DNA from: an uncultured SAR86 cluster bacterium
GTDB taxonomy: Bacteria > Pseudomonadota > Gammaproteobacteria > Magnimaribacterales > D2472
NCBI GenBank assembly: GCA_902509965.1
Contig: CABWZP010000003.1
Span: 5,819-69,818 of the forward strand
Direction of reading: 5' to 3'
DNA: 64,000 bases
Both the position numbers and the translations under genes were made by a program. Positions 42,163-52,242 of this stretch are shown here, one piece after another (the stretch's first letter is position 1; each line of letters begins with the position of its first letter). The notes beneath the pieces were generated by a model, which saw nothing but the letters and a program-made list of their open reading frames with translations, was not told the origin of the DNA and made no database searches.

Positions 42163-43155
42163 GTGAGCCAGAAAAAAAAATCTTTTACTCTTAAAGAACT
42201 TTCAAAAATAATTGATGCTTCAGTTACTGGTGATGAGAATATCATCATCAGTAATATTGCTACTATTGAAGAAGCAAACACTAAGTCAATTACATTTCTA
42301 TCAAATAAAAAATATACCAAGTTTTTAAACACCACTCAGGCTGCTGCAGTAATAGTGAATTCTAATATTGAGACCAATTCATCTATAAATCTTCTAAAAT
42401 GTTCTGATCCTTATTTAGCCTATGCTAAGATTTCATCACTATTTATAAATAAAGAGAATAAATTGGAGACACCGTCTATACATAAAAGTGCCAACATATC
42501 TTCTTCTGCAGAAGTTTCTAAGTTAGCTACTATTTCCGCAAATGTTATTCTCGAAGAGAATGTTGTTATTGAAGAGGGTGTTTATGTAGGCCCAAACTCT
42601 TTTATAGGCGCTAATTGTCATTTAAAGAAGGGAAGTAGCATAAGTGCAAATTGTTCATTAGTCCAAGATGTTATTTTAGGTGAGCATTCAAGCGTTCACT
42701 TTGGATCAGTTTTAGGAAGTGATGGCTTTGGTTATGCCCCATCAAAAAACGGATATCAAAAGATAGAACAATTAGGTAATTTAATTATCGGAGATAATGT
42801 AGAGATTGGTTCAAGTTGCACTATTGACAGGGGTGCTTTAGGGGATACTAAAATCGGCAATGGTGTGAAGTTAGATAATCAAATTCATATTGCTCACAAT
42901 GTCTCTATTGGAGAAAACTCTGCAATAGCAGCTTGCTGCGCCATTGCTGGGTCAACATCAATAGGAAAAAATTTACAAATGGGCGGGCTTTCAGGAATAC
43001 TCGGGCATCTATCTATTTGTGATGATGTTTTAATAGGTGCACATACACTTGTGACTAAAAATATAGATAATCCTGGAAATTATGTAGGTATAATGCCGAC
43101 ACAAGAACAAAATGATTGGGCTAAATCATCAATTTTTATTAAAAAAAGAGGATAG
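42163..43155 (+). CDS. lpxD: UDP-3-O-acyl-glucosamine N-acyltransferase
   Basis: DPYLAYA, GSDGFGYA, IDRGALGDT, KLDNQIHIAHNV. Confidence 0.98.
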   Translation: MSQKKKSFTLKELSKIIDASVTGDENIIISNIATIEEANTKSITFLSNKKYTKFLNTTQAAAVIVNSNIETNSSINLLKCSDPYLAYAKISSLFINKENKLETPSIHKSANISSSAEVSKLATISANVILEENVVIEEGVYVGPNSFIGANCHLKKGSSISANCSLVQDVILGEHSSVHFGSVLGSDGFGYAPSKNGYQKIEQLGNLIIGDNVEIGSSCTIDRGALGDTKIGNGVKLDNQIHIAHNVSIGENSAIAACCAIAGSTSIGKNLQMGGLSGILGHLSICDDVLIGAHTLVTKNIDNPGNYVGIMPTQEQNDWAKSSIFIKKRG

Positions 43156-43159
43156 TTAT

Positions 43160-43600
43160 ATGTCAGGCATACATGATGATATTTTAAAATATCTTCCTCA
43201 CAGAGATCCCTTTTTATTTGTAGATGAGGTATTAGATATCAATACAGGATCTGACATTCATGCCATTAAGAGGCTTTCAGGAGAGGAAGATTACTTTCGA
43301 GGACATTTCCCAAATAATCCAGTAATGCCTGGTGTAATTATTATTGAAGCCTTAGCACAAGCATCCGGAATATTAGGCTTTCAAACTATGAATAAAACGC
43401 CTGAAGAGGGCTCTATATATGTCTTTGCTGGAGTAGATAAAGTTAGATTTAGAAGAAGAGTTGGTCCAGGAGATGACATACACCTATATAGTAAAATTCT
43501 AAATGAAAAAAGAGGAATTTGGAAATTTGAATGTAGAGCAGAAGTAGATAATGAAACAGTATGTTCTGCAACCATACTATGCGCAGATAGAGCCAACTAA
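43160..43600 (+). CDS. fabZ: 3-hydroxyacyl-ACP dehydratase FabZ (start ATG 43160)
   Basis: LPHRDPFLFVD, FRGHFPNNPVMPGVIIIEALAQ. Confidence 0.98.
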   Translation: MSGIHDDILKYLPHRDPFLFVDEVLDINTGSDIHAIKRLSGEEDYFRGHFPNNPVMPGVIIIEALAQASGILGFQTMNKTPEEGSIYVFAGVDKVRFRRRVGPGDDIHLYSKILNEKRGIWKFECRAEVDNETVCSATILCADRAN

Positions 43601-44377
43601 ATGGCAATTCATCCTACATCAATCATTCATGAATCTGCTAAGGTTCATGATTCTGTAGAAATAGGACCCTTTTGTTTTATTGGTGAAGATGTAGTAATTG
43701 ACGAAGGCAATATGCTTCTAAGTCATGTAGTAATTAAAGGACCAACAACAATAGGTAAAAATAATAGTTTTTATCAATTTTCTGTAATTGGCGAAGGCAC
43801 ACCTGATAAAAAATACAAAGGTGAAAAAACAACTTTATCAATTGGCGACAATAATATATTTCGAGAAGGGGTGACTATTCACAGAGGAACAATCCAAGAC
43901 AAATCAACAACAATTATTGGTAGTAATAATTTGTTAATGGCATATTCTCATGTAGCCCATGATTCCGTTTTAGGCAATAATAATGTTTTTGCTAACCATG
44001 CTGGTATTGCAGGTCATGTTAGCGTTGGCAACTTCGTAACAATAGGCGCTTTAACTACCATTCATCAATTTTGTAAAATAGGAGATTATTCATTCATAGG
44101 CATGAATACATCTATTACCATGGACATACCTGCATATATAAAAGTTGCTGCTGATCCTGCGAGAGTAATTGGCCTTAATACAGTTGGAATGTCTAGAAAT
44201 AATTTTTCTGATGATTCAATCACAATAATTAAAAAAGCCTATAAATTAATTTATAGGAAAGGTTTTAAGCTTGAAGATGCATTAAAAAAAATAGATAGAC
44301 TAGAAAAACCAGCTAGACCCGAGCTTCAAGCATTTATTGATTCCATCAAATCCTCAGAAAGAGGCCTCTTAAGGTAA
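43601..44377 (+). CDS. lpxA: acyl-ACP--UDP-GlcNAc O-acyltransferase
   Basis: IHPT, DKKYKGE, TIHRGT, AYSHVAHD, hexapeptide repeats. Confidence 0.98.
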   Translation: MAIHPTSIIHESAKVHDSVEIGPFCFIGEDVVIDEGNMLLSHVVIKGPTTIGKNNSFYQFSVIGEGTPDKKYKGEKTTLSIGDNNIFREGVTIHRGTIQDKSTTIIGSNNLLMAYSHVAHDSVLGNNNVFANHAGIAGHVSVGNFVTIGALTTIHQFCKIGDYSFIGMNTSITMDIPAYIKVAADPARVIGLNTVGMSRNNFSDDSITIIKKAYKLIYRKGFKLEDALKKIDRLEKPARPELQAFIDSIKSSERGLLR

Positions 44378-45499
44378 GTGTCCACTAAGCAAGATATAAA
44401 AATAGGCATCGTAATTGGAGAACATTCAGGCGATATACTAGGTTCAAAAATTATTGAATCTCTTAAAAAAGAATTTAATGTTAGCCTCGTAGGTGTTGGA
44501 GGCCCTTTAACTGAAAACCATGGCTTAGAGTCTATTTTTAATTTTAAGGATCTTCATATAATGGGTCTTATAGAACCTATTTTAAATATACGAAAACTCT
44601 TAAAACATAGAAAATTAATTATAAAAACCTTTAAAAAAGAAAAAATTGATTTTTTTATTGGGGTAGATTCTCCAGATTTCAATATACCAATCCATAAAGC
44701 TTGCAAAAAAGAGGGTTCTATAAAAACTATTCAACTTGTTAGTCCATCTGTTTGGGGTTGGAGGCAAGGAAGATTAAAGAATATTAAAAAGTATATTGAT
44801 TTAACCTTGTGCCTTTTTAGGTTTGAACATGATTTCTACATTGATCAAAAAATTTCTAGTTTTCTTCTGGGGCATCCATTATCTGAAATAGACATCAAAG
44901 ATAATAATTATGTCCGATCAAAATATAATCTTGATAACAATAAACAGTATCTAGCTATTCTTCCAGGAAGCAGAGCATCTGAGATATCAAATATGATGCC
45001 AACATATATCGCTTTTATGGAAAAGCTTTATACCAATAAATCAGACTTTCATTTTTTAATACCAGCTGCAGATAATTTAATAAAAGAAAAGATTGAAAGC
45101 TTTACTAAAAATAGAGACCTTCCTATCACTATATCAATAGGAGCTGCTAGAGATTTTTTGAGTGTATCTAAATGTTCTATTGTTACATCAGGAACAGCAA
45201 CACTAGAGGCCGCCGTTTTAGGTGCGCCGCCAATTATTTGTTATAAAACTAATAACTTCAATTATTTTATTATTTCCAGAATGTTGAAAACTAAATTAAT
45301 AGGATTACCCAATCTATTGCTATCTAAAAAAATATTCCCAGAATTGATCCAGTCTGATTGCACGCCTGAAAATATTTATAATTCATTCCAATCAATAATT
45401 TATTCTAATAAAATTCAGGATGAAATTGTAAAGGTCAAGAATCATCTTGAAGGAAAAGGTTTTGATGCTGCAGCAAAAGCAATCCACCAGACTTCCTAG
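44378..45499 (+). CDS. lpxB: lipid-A-disaccharide synthase
   Basis: GEHSGDILG, DSPDFN, SPSVWGWR, LPGSRASE, SGTATLE. Confidence 0.97.
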   Translation: MSTKQDIKIGIVIGEHSGDILGSKIIESLKKEFNVSLVGVGGPLTENHGLESIFNFKDLHIMGLIEPILNIRKLLKHRKLIIKTFKKEKIDFFIGVDSPDFNIPIHKACKKEGSIKTIQLVSPSVWGWRQGRLKNIKKYIDLTLCLFRFEHDFYIDQKISSFLLGHPLSEIDIKDNNYVRSKYNLDNNKQYLAILPGSRASEISNMMPTYIAFMEKLYTNKSDFHFLIPAADNLIKEKIESFTKNRDLPITISIGAARDFLSVSKCSIVTSGTATLEAAVLGAPPIICYKTNNFNYFIISRMLKTKLIGLPNLLLSKKIFPELIQSDCTPENIYNSFQSIIYSNKIQDEIVKVKNHLEGKGFDAAAKAIHQTS

Positions 45500-45501
45500 C
45501 A

Positions 45502-46044
45502 ATGCTAGTTGCAGGTGTTGATGAGGTAGGTCGAGGTTGTTTAGCAGGCCCAGTTATGGCTGCTGCTGTAATTTTAAAAGAACCAATTAGAGGTTTATGC
45601 GATTCTAAAAATCTATCTGCTAAAAAAAGAGAAATTCTTGCAGAAGAAATAAAACTAAAATCTTACTATGCATATGGCATAGCAACCCCTCAAGAAATTG
45701 ATAGAATTAATATTCTTCAGGCATCTTTGCTAGCTATGAAAAGAGCCATCATCAAGTTATCAGTTAAACCTCAGAGAATTTTAATAGATGGCTTGCATAA
45801 ACCAGACATTAATTTTGATATGGAGGCTATAATTAAAGGAGACTCATTTGTTGATGAGATTAGTGCCGCTTCTATAATAGCTAAAGTTAAGAGAGATAAA
45901 TATATGACAAAAATTGATGCAAAATATCCAGGCTATTGCTTCAAAGAACATAAAGGATATGGAACTAAATTGCATTTTAAAATGCTAAAAGAAATTGGTG
46001 CTTCTGACATACACAGAATCACATTTAAAGGGGTCATTTCTTGA
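45502..46044 (+). CDS. rnhB: ribonuclease HII
   Basis: AGVDEVGRGCLAGPV, DSK, SAASIIAKV, HKGYGT. Confidence 0.98.
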   Translation: MLVAGVDEVGRGCLAGPVMAAAVILKEPIRGLCDSKNLSAKKREILAEEIKLKSYYAYGIATPQEIDRINILQASLLAMKRAIIKLSVKPQRILIDGLHKPDINFDMEAIIKGDSFVDEISAASIIAKVKRDKYMTKIDAKYPGYCFKEHKGYGTKLHFKMLKEIGASDIHRITFKGVIS

Positions 46045-49000
46045 TAGAATCTTTTTCACATCTAAGGATTGCCTCTGAATATAGTATTTCACATGGCTTA
46101 ATAACAATTGATCAAATTGTTGATCAGGCTGCAAAAAATAATATGCCCTCGGTAGCATTAACAGATCATCTTAATATGTTTGGGCTCGTGAAGTTTTTTC
46201 TCAAAGCAGAAAAGAAAGGTATTAAACCAATTTCTGGTTCATCTATTAAAGTTTTATTTGAAGGAGAAGACTTTGCTCATGAATTACTGTGTCTTGCCAA
46301 GAACAACAATGGACATAAAAACCTAATGAAGGCTTTATCTCAATCACACAGTAATACTAATTTCTCAACTCCAATAATAACTTTTGAGGAGCTATGTTCT
46401 TTTAAAAAAGATATTAAAGTTATTTCAGGGGGAAAATCTAGCCATATCTTTGATTTATTAAAAAGAGGAAAAGTTGAAGATACAAATTCTAAACTTAAAT
46501 TATTTCAGAGTGTTTTCGATGAAGATTTTATTCTAGAAGTTCAAAAAACTAACAGACCAGATGAATTGGATTATATTGAAAAAGTTTTACCATTAGCGTC
46601 ATCAAATGGCATCCCTGTTATAGCAACAAATGATGTAATTTTTTCAAATAAAGAGGATTATGATATCCATGAGACTAAAGTTTGTATTAATACTGGAAAA
46701 ACATTAAATGATCCAAATAGAGAAAAGAATTTTTCTGATGAACAGTTTTTTAAGTCTCAGCAACAAATGTTTGACTTGTTTAAAGATAATGAAGAATTTT
46801 TGTCAAATACTACAGAAATTGCAAAGCAGTGCAATGTTTCATTTGAATCAAAAGGATATTTCTTACCTGAATATCCAGTACCAAAAAATCATGATTTTAA
46901 TAGTTACCTAAAAGATCTTTCTTTTAAAAATTTAGACAAAATAACTACTATTTTTTCTGAAGCTAAGAAAAATCTTTACAAAGAAAGACTTGATTATGAG
47001 CTCACCCAAATTAGTTCAATGGGCTTCTCAAGCTATTTCCTAATAGTTTATGATTTTATAGAGTGGTCAAAAAATAACGAAGTTCCAGTAGGCCCCGGAA
47101 GAGGTTCAGGGGCTGGCTCTTTAGTTGCATATGCTTTAGGAATAACAGCACTTGATCCAATAGAACATGGCCTACTTTTTGAACGCTTTCTGAATCCAGA
47201 AAGAATCTCTATGCCAGATTTTGATATAGACTTTTGTACAGAAAAAAGAGATTCAGTAATTGAGTATGTTAGCTCTAAATATGGCTCTGAGGCTGTATCT
47301 CAAATAGTAACATTTGGCACTATGGCAGCAAGAGCTGTAGTTAAAGATGTTACAAGAGCACTTGGTAAGCCATACGGTTTAGGTGAAAGAATTTCAAAAA
47401 TGATACCTTTTGTTCCTGGCATGACATTAGATAGAGCTATCAAAGAACAACCTATATTTAAACAAGCCATTAAAGATGATCCTGAAGTCTCTGAAGTTTT
47501 AGATCTAGCATTTAAGCTTGAGGGTATTGCAAGGAATGTTGGAAAGCATGCTGGTGGTATTGTAATTGCACCAGGGGCTTTATCTGATTTTTGCCCTACA
47601 TACCTTGATAGGCAGTCTTCAGCATTAATGACTCAATATGATAAAGATGACGTAGAAAAGATAGGCCTAGTGAAATTTGATTTTCTAGGTTTACGAACTC
47701 TGACAGTAATTGATTGGGCAACTAAATCAATAAATAATTTTTTAGATCATCAAAACAAACAACCGTTAGATTTAAATTCAATTAAATTAGATGATCCTAA
47801 AGTTTTTGAACTGTTATCATCTGGAAAAACGATGGCTGTATTTCAACTAGAGTCCTCTGGAATGAGGGACTTAATTAAAAGACTTAAACCGACAAAATTT
47901 GAAGAAATTACAGCATTACTTGCTTTATATAGACCTGGCCCTTTAGATTCTGGAATGCATGATCAATTTGTTGATAGAAAGCATGGGAAATTGCCAGTTA
48001 CTTACCCGCATGAAATGCTTGAACCAGTATTGTCAGAGACTTATGGAGTTATTTTATACCAGGAACAAGTTATGCAAGCTGCTCAAGTTTTAGCAGGATT
48101 TTCTTTAGGCCAAGCTGATATCTTAAGAAGAGCAATGGGAAAAAAAGATGTTGCTGAAATGGAAAAACAAAGAGAAATATTTGTAGAAGGTTGTAACAAA
48201 AAAGATATTAAAAAAGCAACAGCTGAAAAAATATTTGATCTAATTGAAAAATTTGCTGGTTACGGATTCAATAAATCACATTCTGCAGCATATGCACTTC
48301 TTTCATACCAAACTGCTTATCTTAAAACTTATTTTCCTGAACATTTTATGGCAGCTGTTCTTTCAACTGAATTAGGAAATACTGATAAGATCTACGCTCT
48401 CACAGAAGAATGCAAAAAACTAGGCATCACAGTCCTGAAACCAAATATCCTAACTAGCCAAAGGAAGTTTGTTGTTAATAAAAATAATGAAATTGAGTAT
48501 GGCTTAGGTGGAATAAAAGGAGTTGCCGATTCTTTCATAACACATGTAAGTAAAGTAAGAAAATCTCATAAATTTAAAGATTTGTGGGACTTCACAAGGA
48601 ACATAGACATAAAACTAGGAGGAAAAAAATCCCTTGAAGCTTTATCTTTTGCAGGCGCTTTCGACTCAATTGCACCTACAAGAAGTATAGCAATTGCATG
48701 TATCAGCGACATGTTACAAGATGGCGGAAAAGCTATTACATCTTCAGCAAATTCAGGAGACTTATTTTCAGAAATTGATATTGATTTTAATCCTTATGAA
48801 AAATACACAAACACTGAAGATTTAAATTTAGTTGATAAGTTGAACCTAGAAAAAAAATCTCTTGGATATTATTTATCTGGACATCCTGTTAGAGCAATAA
48901 AAGAAAATATCACCCCATTAAGATCACATGAAATAAGCTCTTTAAAAATAGATACAAAAAAAGCTCGTTTAGTTTGCTTGATTAATTCTGTAAGGCAAAT

Positions 49001-49484
49001 AAAAGATAATAGAAATAAACCCCTAACTTTTATTAACTTTGATGATGGAACAGGCGCAATGGATGGAATAATAACCAGTGATGTTTTGGAGAATTGTCAC
49101 TCTATTTTAAAAGAAAGTTCAATCTTGGTTTTAAAAGGAGCTATTGAGATTGATGATTATAGATCTAAAGAGTTTGGTGAAACTATGTTTAGAATGAGGC
49201 TTAAAGAAGTTAGCATGATTGAGGATGAGCTATTATTACGAATTAACTCAATAATTATTAGTGCTGACAATAGCTCTAAAGAGTCTCTAGAAAAACTAAC
49301 AAAGAATCTTTCAAGTGTTCCAAAAGAAGTTTGGGGCAGTGGTAATTGTTCTATTAAGTTAAAAGTGTTTAATCAAGAGTCTGAAGCCATAATAGAACTT
49401 GGAGAAGACTATCTTCTAAAACCTTCACAAGAAAACTTAAATATATTAAGAGGAATATTTGGAAGTAATTCTATTAAAATATAA
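46041..49484 (+). CDS. dnaE: DNA polymerase III alpha subunit
   Basis: PHP domain, GPGRGSGAGSLV, FLNPERISMPDFDIDF, YGFNKSHS; no intein apparent. Confidence 0.99.
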   Translation: MIESFSHLRIASEYSISHGLITIDQIVDQAAKNNMPSVALTDHLNMFGLVKFFLKAEKKGIKPISGSSIKVLFEGEDFAHELLCLAKNNNGHKNLMKALSQSHSNTNFSTPIITFEELCSFKKDIKVISGGKSSHIFDLLKRGKVEDTNSKLKLFQSVFDEDFILEVQKTNRPDELDYIEKVLPLASSNGIPVIATNDVIFSNKEDYDIHETKVCINTGKTLNDPNREKNFSDEQFFKSQQQMFDLFKDNEEFLSNTTEIAKQCNVSFESKGYFLPEYPVPKNHDFNSYLKDLSFKNLDKITTIFSEAKKNLYKERLDYELTQISSMGFSSYFLIVYDFIEWSKNNEVPVGPGRGSGAGSLVAYALGITALDPIEHGLLFERFLNPERISMPDFDIDFCTEKRDSVIEYVSSKYGSEAVSQIVTFGTMAARAVVKDVTRALGKPYGLGERISKMIPFVPGMTLDRAIKEQPIFKQAIKDDPEVSEVLDLAFKLEGIARNVGKHAGGIVIAPGALSDFCPTYLDRQSSALMTQYDKDDVEKIGLVKFDFLGLRTLTVIDWATKSINNFLDHQNKQPLDLNSIKLDDPKVFELLSSGKTMAVFQLESSGMRDLIKRLKPTKFEEITALLALYRPGPLDSGMHDQFVDRKHGKLPVTYPHEMLEPVLSETYGVILYQEQVMQAAQVLAGFSLGQADILRRAMGKKDVAEMEKQREIFVEGCNKKDIKKATAEKIFDLIEKFAGYGFNKSHSAAYALLSYQTAYLKTYFPEHFMAAVLSTELGNTDKIYALTEECKKLGITVLKPNILTSQRKFVVNKNNEIEYGLGGIKGVADSFITHVSKVRKSHKFKDLWDFTRNIDIKLGGKKSLEALSFAGAFDSIAPTRSIAIACISDMLQDGGKAITSSANSGDLFSEIDIDFNPYEKYTNTEDLNLVDKLNLEKKSLGYYLSGHPVRAIKENITPLRSHEISSLKIDTKKARLVCLINSVRQIKDNRNKPLTFINFDDGTGAMDGIITSDVLENCHSILKESSILVLKGAIEIDDYRSKEFGETMFRMRLKEVSMIEDELLLRINSIIISADNSSKESLEKLTKNLSSVPKEVWGSGNCSIKLKVFNQESEAIIELGEDYLLKPSQENLNILRGIFGSNSIKI

Positions 49485-49487
49485 TCT

Positions 49488-50432
49488 ATGAATAATTCAT
49501 TTCTTGATTTCGAAAAACCTATTGCAGATATACACGATAAGATTCAAGCCTTGAGAGAAATTGTTAATGAAAGCCCGGAATTACTTCCTCAGATTGCTAA
49601 ATTAGAAGAAGAGGAAAAGTTAATTACCAAAAAAATCTATTCCAAGCTTTCGATATGGCAAACTGTTCAGGTTGCTAGGCACCCAAAAAGACCACATACA
49701 AGTGATTACATTCATCGAATATTTTCAGATTTTGATGAATTGCATGGAGATAGAATGTTTGGGGATGATTCATCTCTTATAGGAGGAATTGGATACCTTG
49801 ATAAAAAACCAGTTGTTATTATTGGTCATGAAAAGGGAAGAGATACTGAAGAAAAAGTTAAAAGGAATTTTGGAATGCCTCAGCCAGAGGGCTACAGAAA
49901 AGCAAAAAGATTAATGGAATTAGCTGAACACTTCTCTTTGCCATTAGTAACATTTATTGATACATCTGGTGCATATCCTGGTATAGAGGGAGAAGAAAGA
50001 GGTCAAAGTGAGGCTATAGCTAAAAATCTTGCTTTAATGTCTGAATTAAAAACACCAATCATTGTAGTTGTTACTGGTGAAGGTGGTTCTGGAGGAGCTC
50101 TGGCATTAGGCGTAGGAGATCACGTCTCCATGCTTGAGTATGCAACTTATTCAGTTGCTTCACCTGAGGCATGTTCATCTATAGTATGGCGAACTTCAGA
50201 GCATGCTGCTGAGGCTGCCGAGGCTATGAAAGTAAATGCAAAAGAATTAATAAAAATCAGAGTAATTGATGAAATTATAAATGAACCATCTGGAGGAGCG
50301 CACAGAAACTATGACGCAATGGCTGCTTCTATAAAATCATCATTAATTAGTAATCTTCAAAAATATAGTTCTTTGAATATAGATGATCTTTTGGATAAAC
50401 GTTATCAAAGATTATTAAATATTGGAAAATAA
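49488..50432 (+). CDS. accA: acetyl-CoA carboxylase carboxyltransferase alpha subunit
   Basis: FLDFEKPI, ARHPKRP, ELHGDR, GEGGSGGALA. Confidence 0.98.
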   Translation: MNNSFLDFEKPIADIHDKIQALREIVNESPELLPQIAKLEEEEKLITKKIYSKLSIWQTVQVARHPKRPHTSDYIHRIFSDFDELHGDRMFGDDSSLIGGIGYLDKKPVVIIGHEKGRDTEEKVKRNFGMPQPEGYRKAKRLMELAEHFSLPLVTFIDTSGAYPGIEGEERGQSEAIAKNLALMSELKTPIIVVVTGEGGSGGALALGVGDHVSMLEYATYSVASPEACSSIVWRTSEHAAEAAEAMKVNAKELIKIRVIDEIINEPSGGAHRNYDAMAASIKSSLISNLQKYSSLNIDDLLDKRYQRLLNIGK

Positions 50433-51429
50433 ATTGGTTGATTTAGAAGTAATTTCCAATTTTATAAATAAAAAAAATTGTGTTTATGTAGCTTTCAGTG
50501 GAGGAGTAGATTCAACAGCATTATTGTATGCATGCTCGTTACTTAAAAAAAATGGAGAGCTAGATAATCTTAAAGCAATTCATATAAATCATAATTTATC
50601 TGTAAATGCACAAATATGGGAAAACCATTGTAAAAAAATTTGTAAAAAATTAGATATTGAATTGATCATAGAAAATATAATCATCAAGACTAATAAAGAT
50701 GGTCTCGAGGCTGCTGCAAGAAAGGGCAGGTATGATGTATTTTCTAAGATTATTAAAAGAGATGAGCAATTATTGCTTGCACATCATGCTGATGATGTAG
50801 CTGAAACAATATTATTCAGGTTATTTAGAGGTACTGGATTTGACGGTTTACAAGGCCCAAAACCAAAACGAAAGATTGGAGAGGGTAATTTAATTAGACC
50901 TTTACTAAAATTTTCAAAAATAGATCTCCTGGATTTTATTAAAAAAAATAAAGTGAGTTATATTGAGGATGAATCAAACAAAGAGTCAAATCAGGATAGA
51001 AACTACATTAGAAATACTATCATGCCCTTAGTAAACAAAAGATGGAAAGACTCTGAAAAAAGAATTCAACTTACTTCAGAGATTGTTCAAGAAAAACAAG
51101 AAATATTTAATAATTTATTTGTGGAAAAATTTTCTAAAATTATCATTAATAACCTTATTCCAATAAAAGAATTAAAGGGTTTAAAAGAAAATGAAGCTAA
51201 AGAACTTCTAAGATACTTAATTAAAATCAATAATATTGCTATGCCTAGTAAAAAGGTCTTAGATGAAATTATGAAGACTTTTTATAAATCAAATCCATCT
51301 AAATTGGCTATAGTAAAGTGGTCAAGGTCAGATAAAGAGCAAAAAGGTGGAGTCATAAGTTTTGAGCAAGATTTTATTGAAATAGATGGCATCGAATATT
51401 CTGGTGTAATTAGAATTTACCAGAGATAA
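50422..51429 (+). CDS. tilS: tRNA(Ile)-lysidine synthetase (short form)
   Basis: AFSGGVDS, EAAARKGRY, AHHADDVAET, RNYIR; follows accA. Confidence 0.93.
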   Translation: MENKLVDLEVISNFINKKNCVYVAFSGGVDSTALLYACSLLKKNGELDNLKAIHINHNLSVNAQIWENHCKKICKKLDIELIIENIIIKTNKDGLEAAARKGRYDVFSKIIKRDEQLLLAHHADDVAETILFRLFRGTGFDGLQGPKPKRKIGEGNLIRPLLKFSKIDLLDFIKKNKVSYIEDESNKESNQDRNYIRNTIMPLVNKRWKDSEKRIQLTSEIVQEKQEIFNNLFVEKFSKIIINNLIPIKELKGLKENEAKELLRYLIKINNIAMPSKKVLDEIMKTFYKSNPSKLAIVKWSRSDKEQKGGVISFEQDFIEIDGIEYSGVIRIYQR

Positions 51430-51468
51430 ACATTTACATATAATAATTTGTAAAAATTAGGAAAGAGT

Positions 51469-52242
51469 ATGGACTTTGAAACAATTAAATTAAAAAAAAT
51501 TAATCGAATAGGCACTATTACCTTAAACAGACCCAAGGTATTAAATGCTTTCAATGAACAGCTTGTATGGGATTTGCAAGAAGCCACCAGGAATCTTAGA
51601 GAGGATGATGATGTTAGAGTTGTAATTATAACTGGAGCTGGCAAAGGCTTTACTGCCGGAGCAGACTTAACTGAAAGAACATCAACATGGACTAGCACTA
51701 AAGATTCTCTAAATAGAGGATTCTTACCAACTTTTAAAAACATAATTGAGATGCCAAAACCAGTAATAGGATCAATTAATGGCCCTGCAGCAGGTATTGG
51801 CGCTGCAATTGCAATGGCATGTGACTTAAGAATTATGTCTGATGATGCATATATTTTATCTGTCTTTAGCAATATTGCCATCGTTCCGGATGGAGGTCTT
51901 TCATGGCTATTAACCCGATATTTGGGATATACAAAAGCTTTTGAATATGCAATTGAAGCTAAAAAAATAATGGCAGAAGAATGCATTCATTTTGGAATTG
52001 CAAATAAAAAAGTTCCACTAGAAGATTTAGAATCAGAAACAATTATTTGGGCGGAAAGACTCGCTAAAAGATCTCCTCAATCTTTATCAAATACTAAGAA
52101 AATTATGAGAAATGCTCTAGAAAAATCATATTTAGAAACTTATGCAGAAGAGGCTGAGATCCAGAATGAGATTTTTGGTAATGAGCAAAATAGAGAAGCT
52201 ATAAAAGCTTTCTTTGAAAAAAGAGAGCCAAACTTTGATTAA
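51469..52242 (+). CDS. enoyl-CoA hydratase/isomerase (PaaG-like crotonase)
   Basis: ITLNRPKVLNAF, FTAGADL, NGPAAGIGA, VPDGG, AFFEKREPNF. Confidence 0.88.
   Translation: MDFETIKLKKINRIGTITLNRPKVLNAFNEQLVWDLQEATRNLREDDDVRVVIITGAGKGFTAGADLTERTSTWTSTKDSLNRGFLPTFKNIIEMPKPVIGSINGPAAGIGAAIAMACDLRIMSDDAYILSVFSNIAIVPDGGLSWLLTRYLGYTKAFEYAIEAKKIMAEECIHFGIANKKVPLEDLESETIIWAERLAKRSPQSLSNTKKIMRNALEKSYLETYAEEAEIQNEIFGNEQNREAIKAFFEKREPNFD

Noticed and set aside
46041-49484. Intein or split in dnaE
   Set aside because: Length (1147 aa) and motif spacing are normal; no splicing or homing-endonuclease motifs seen.
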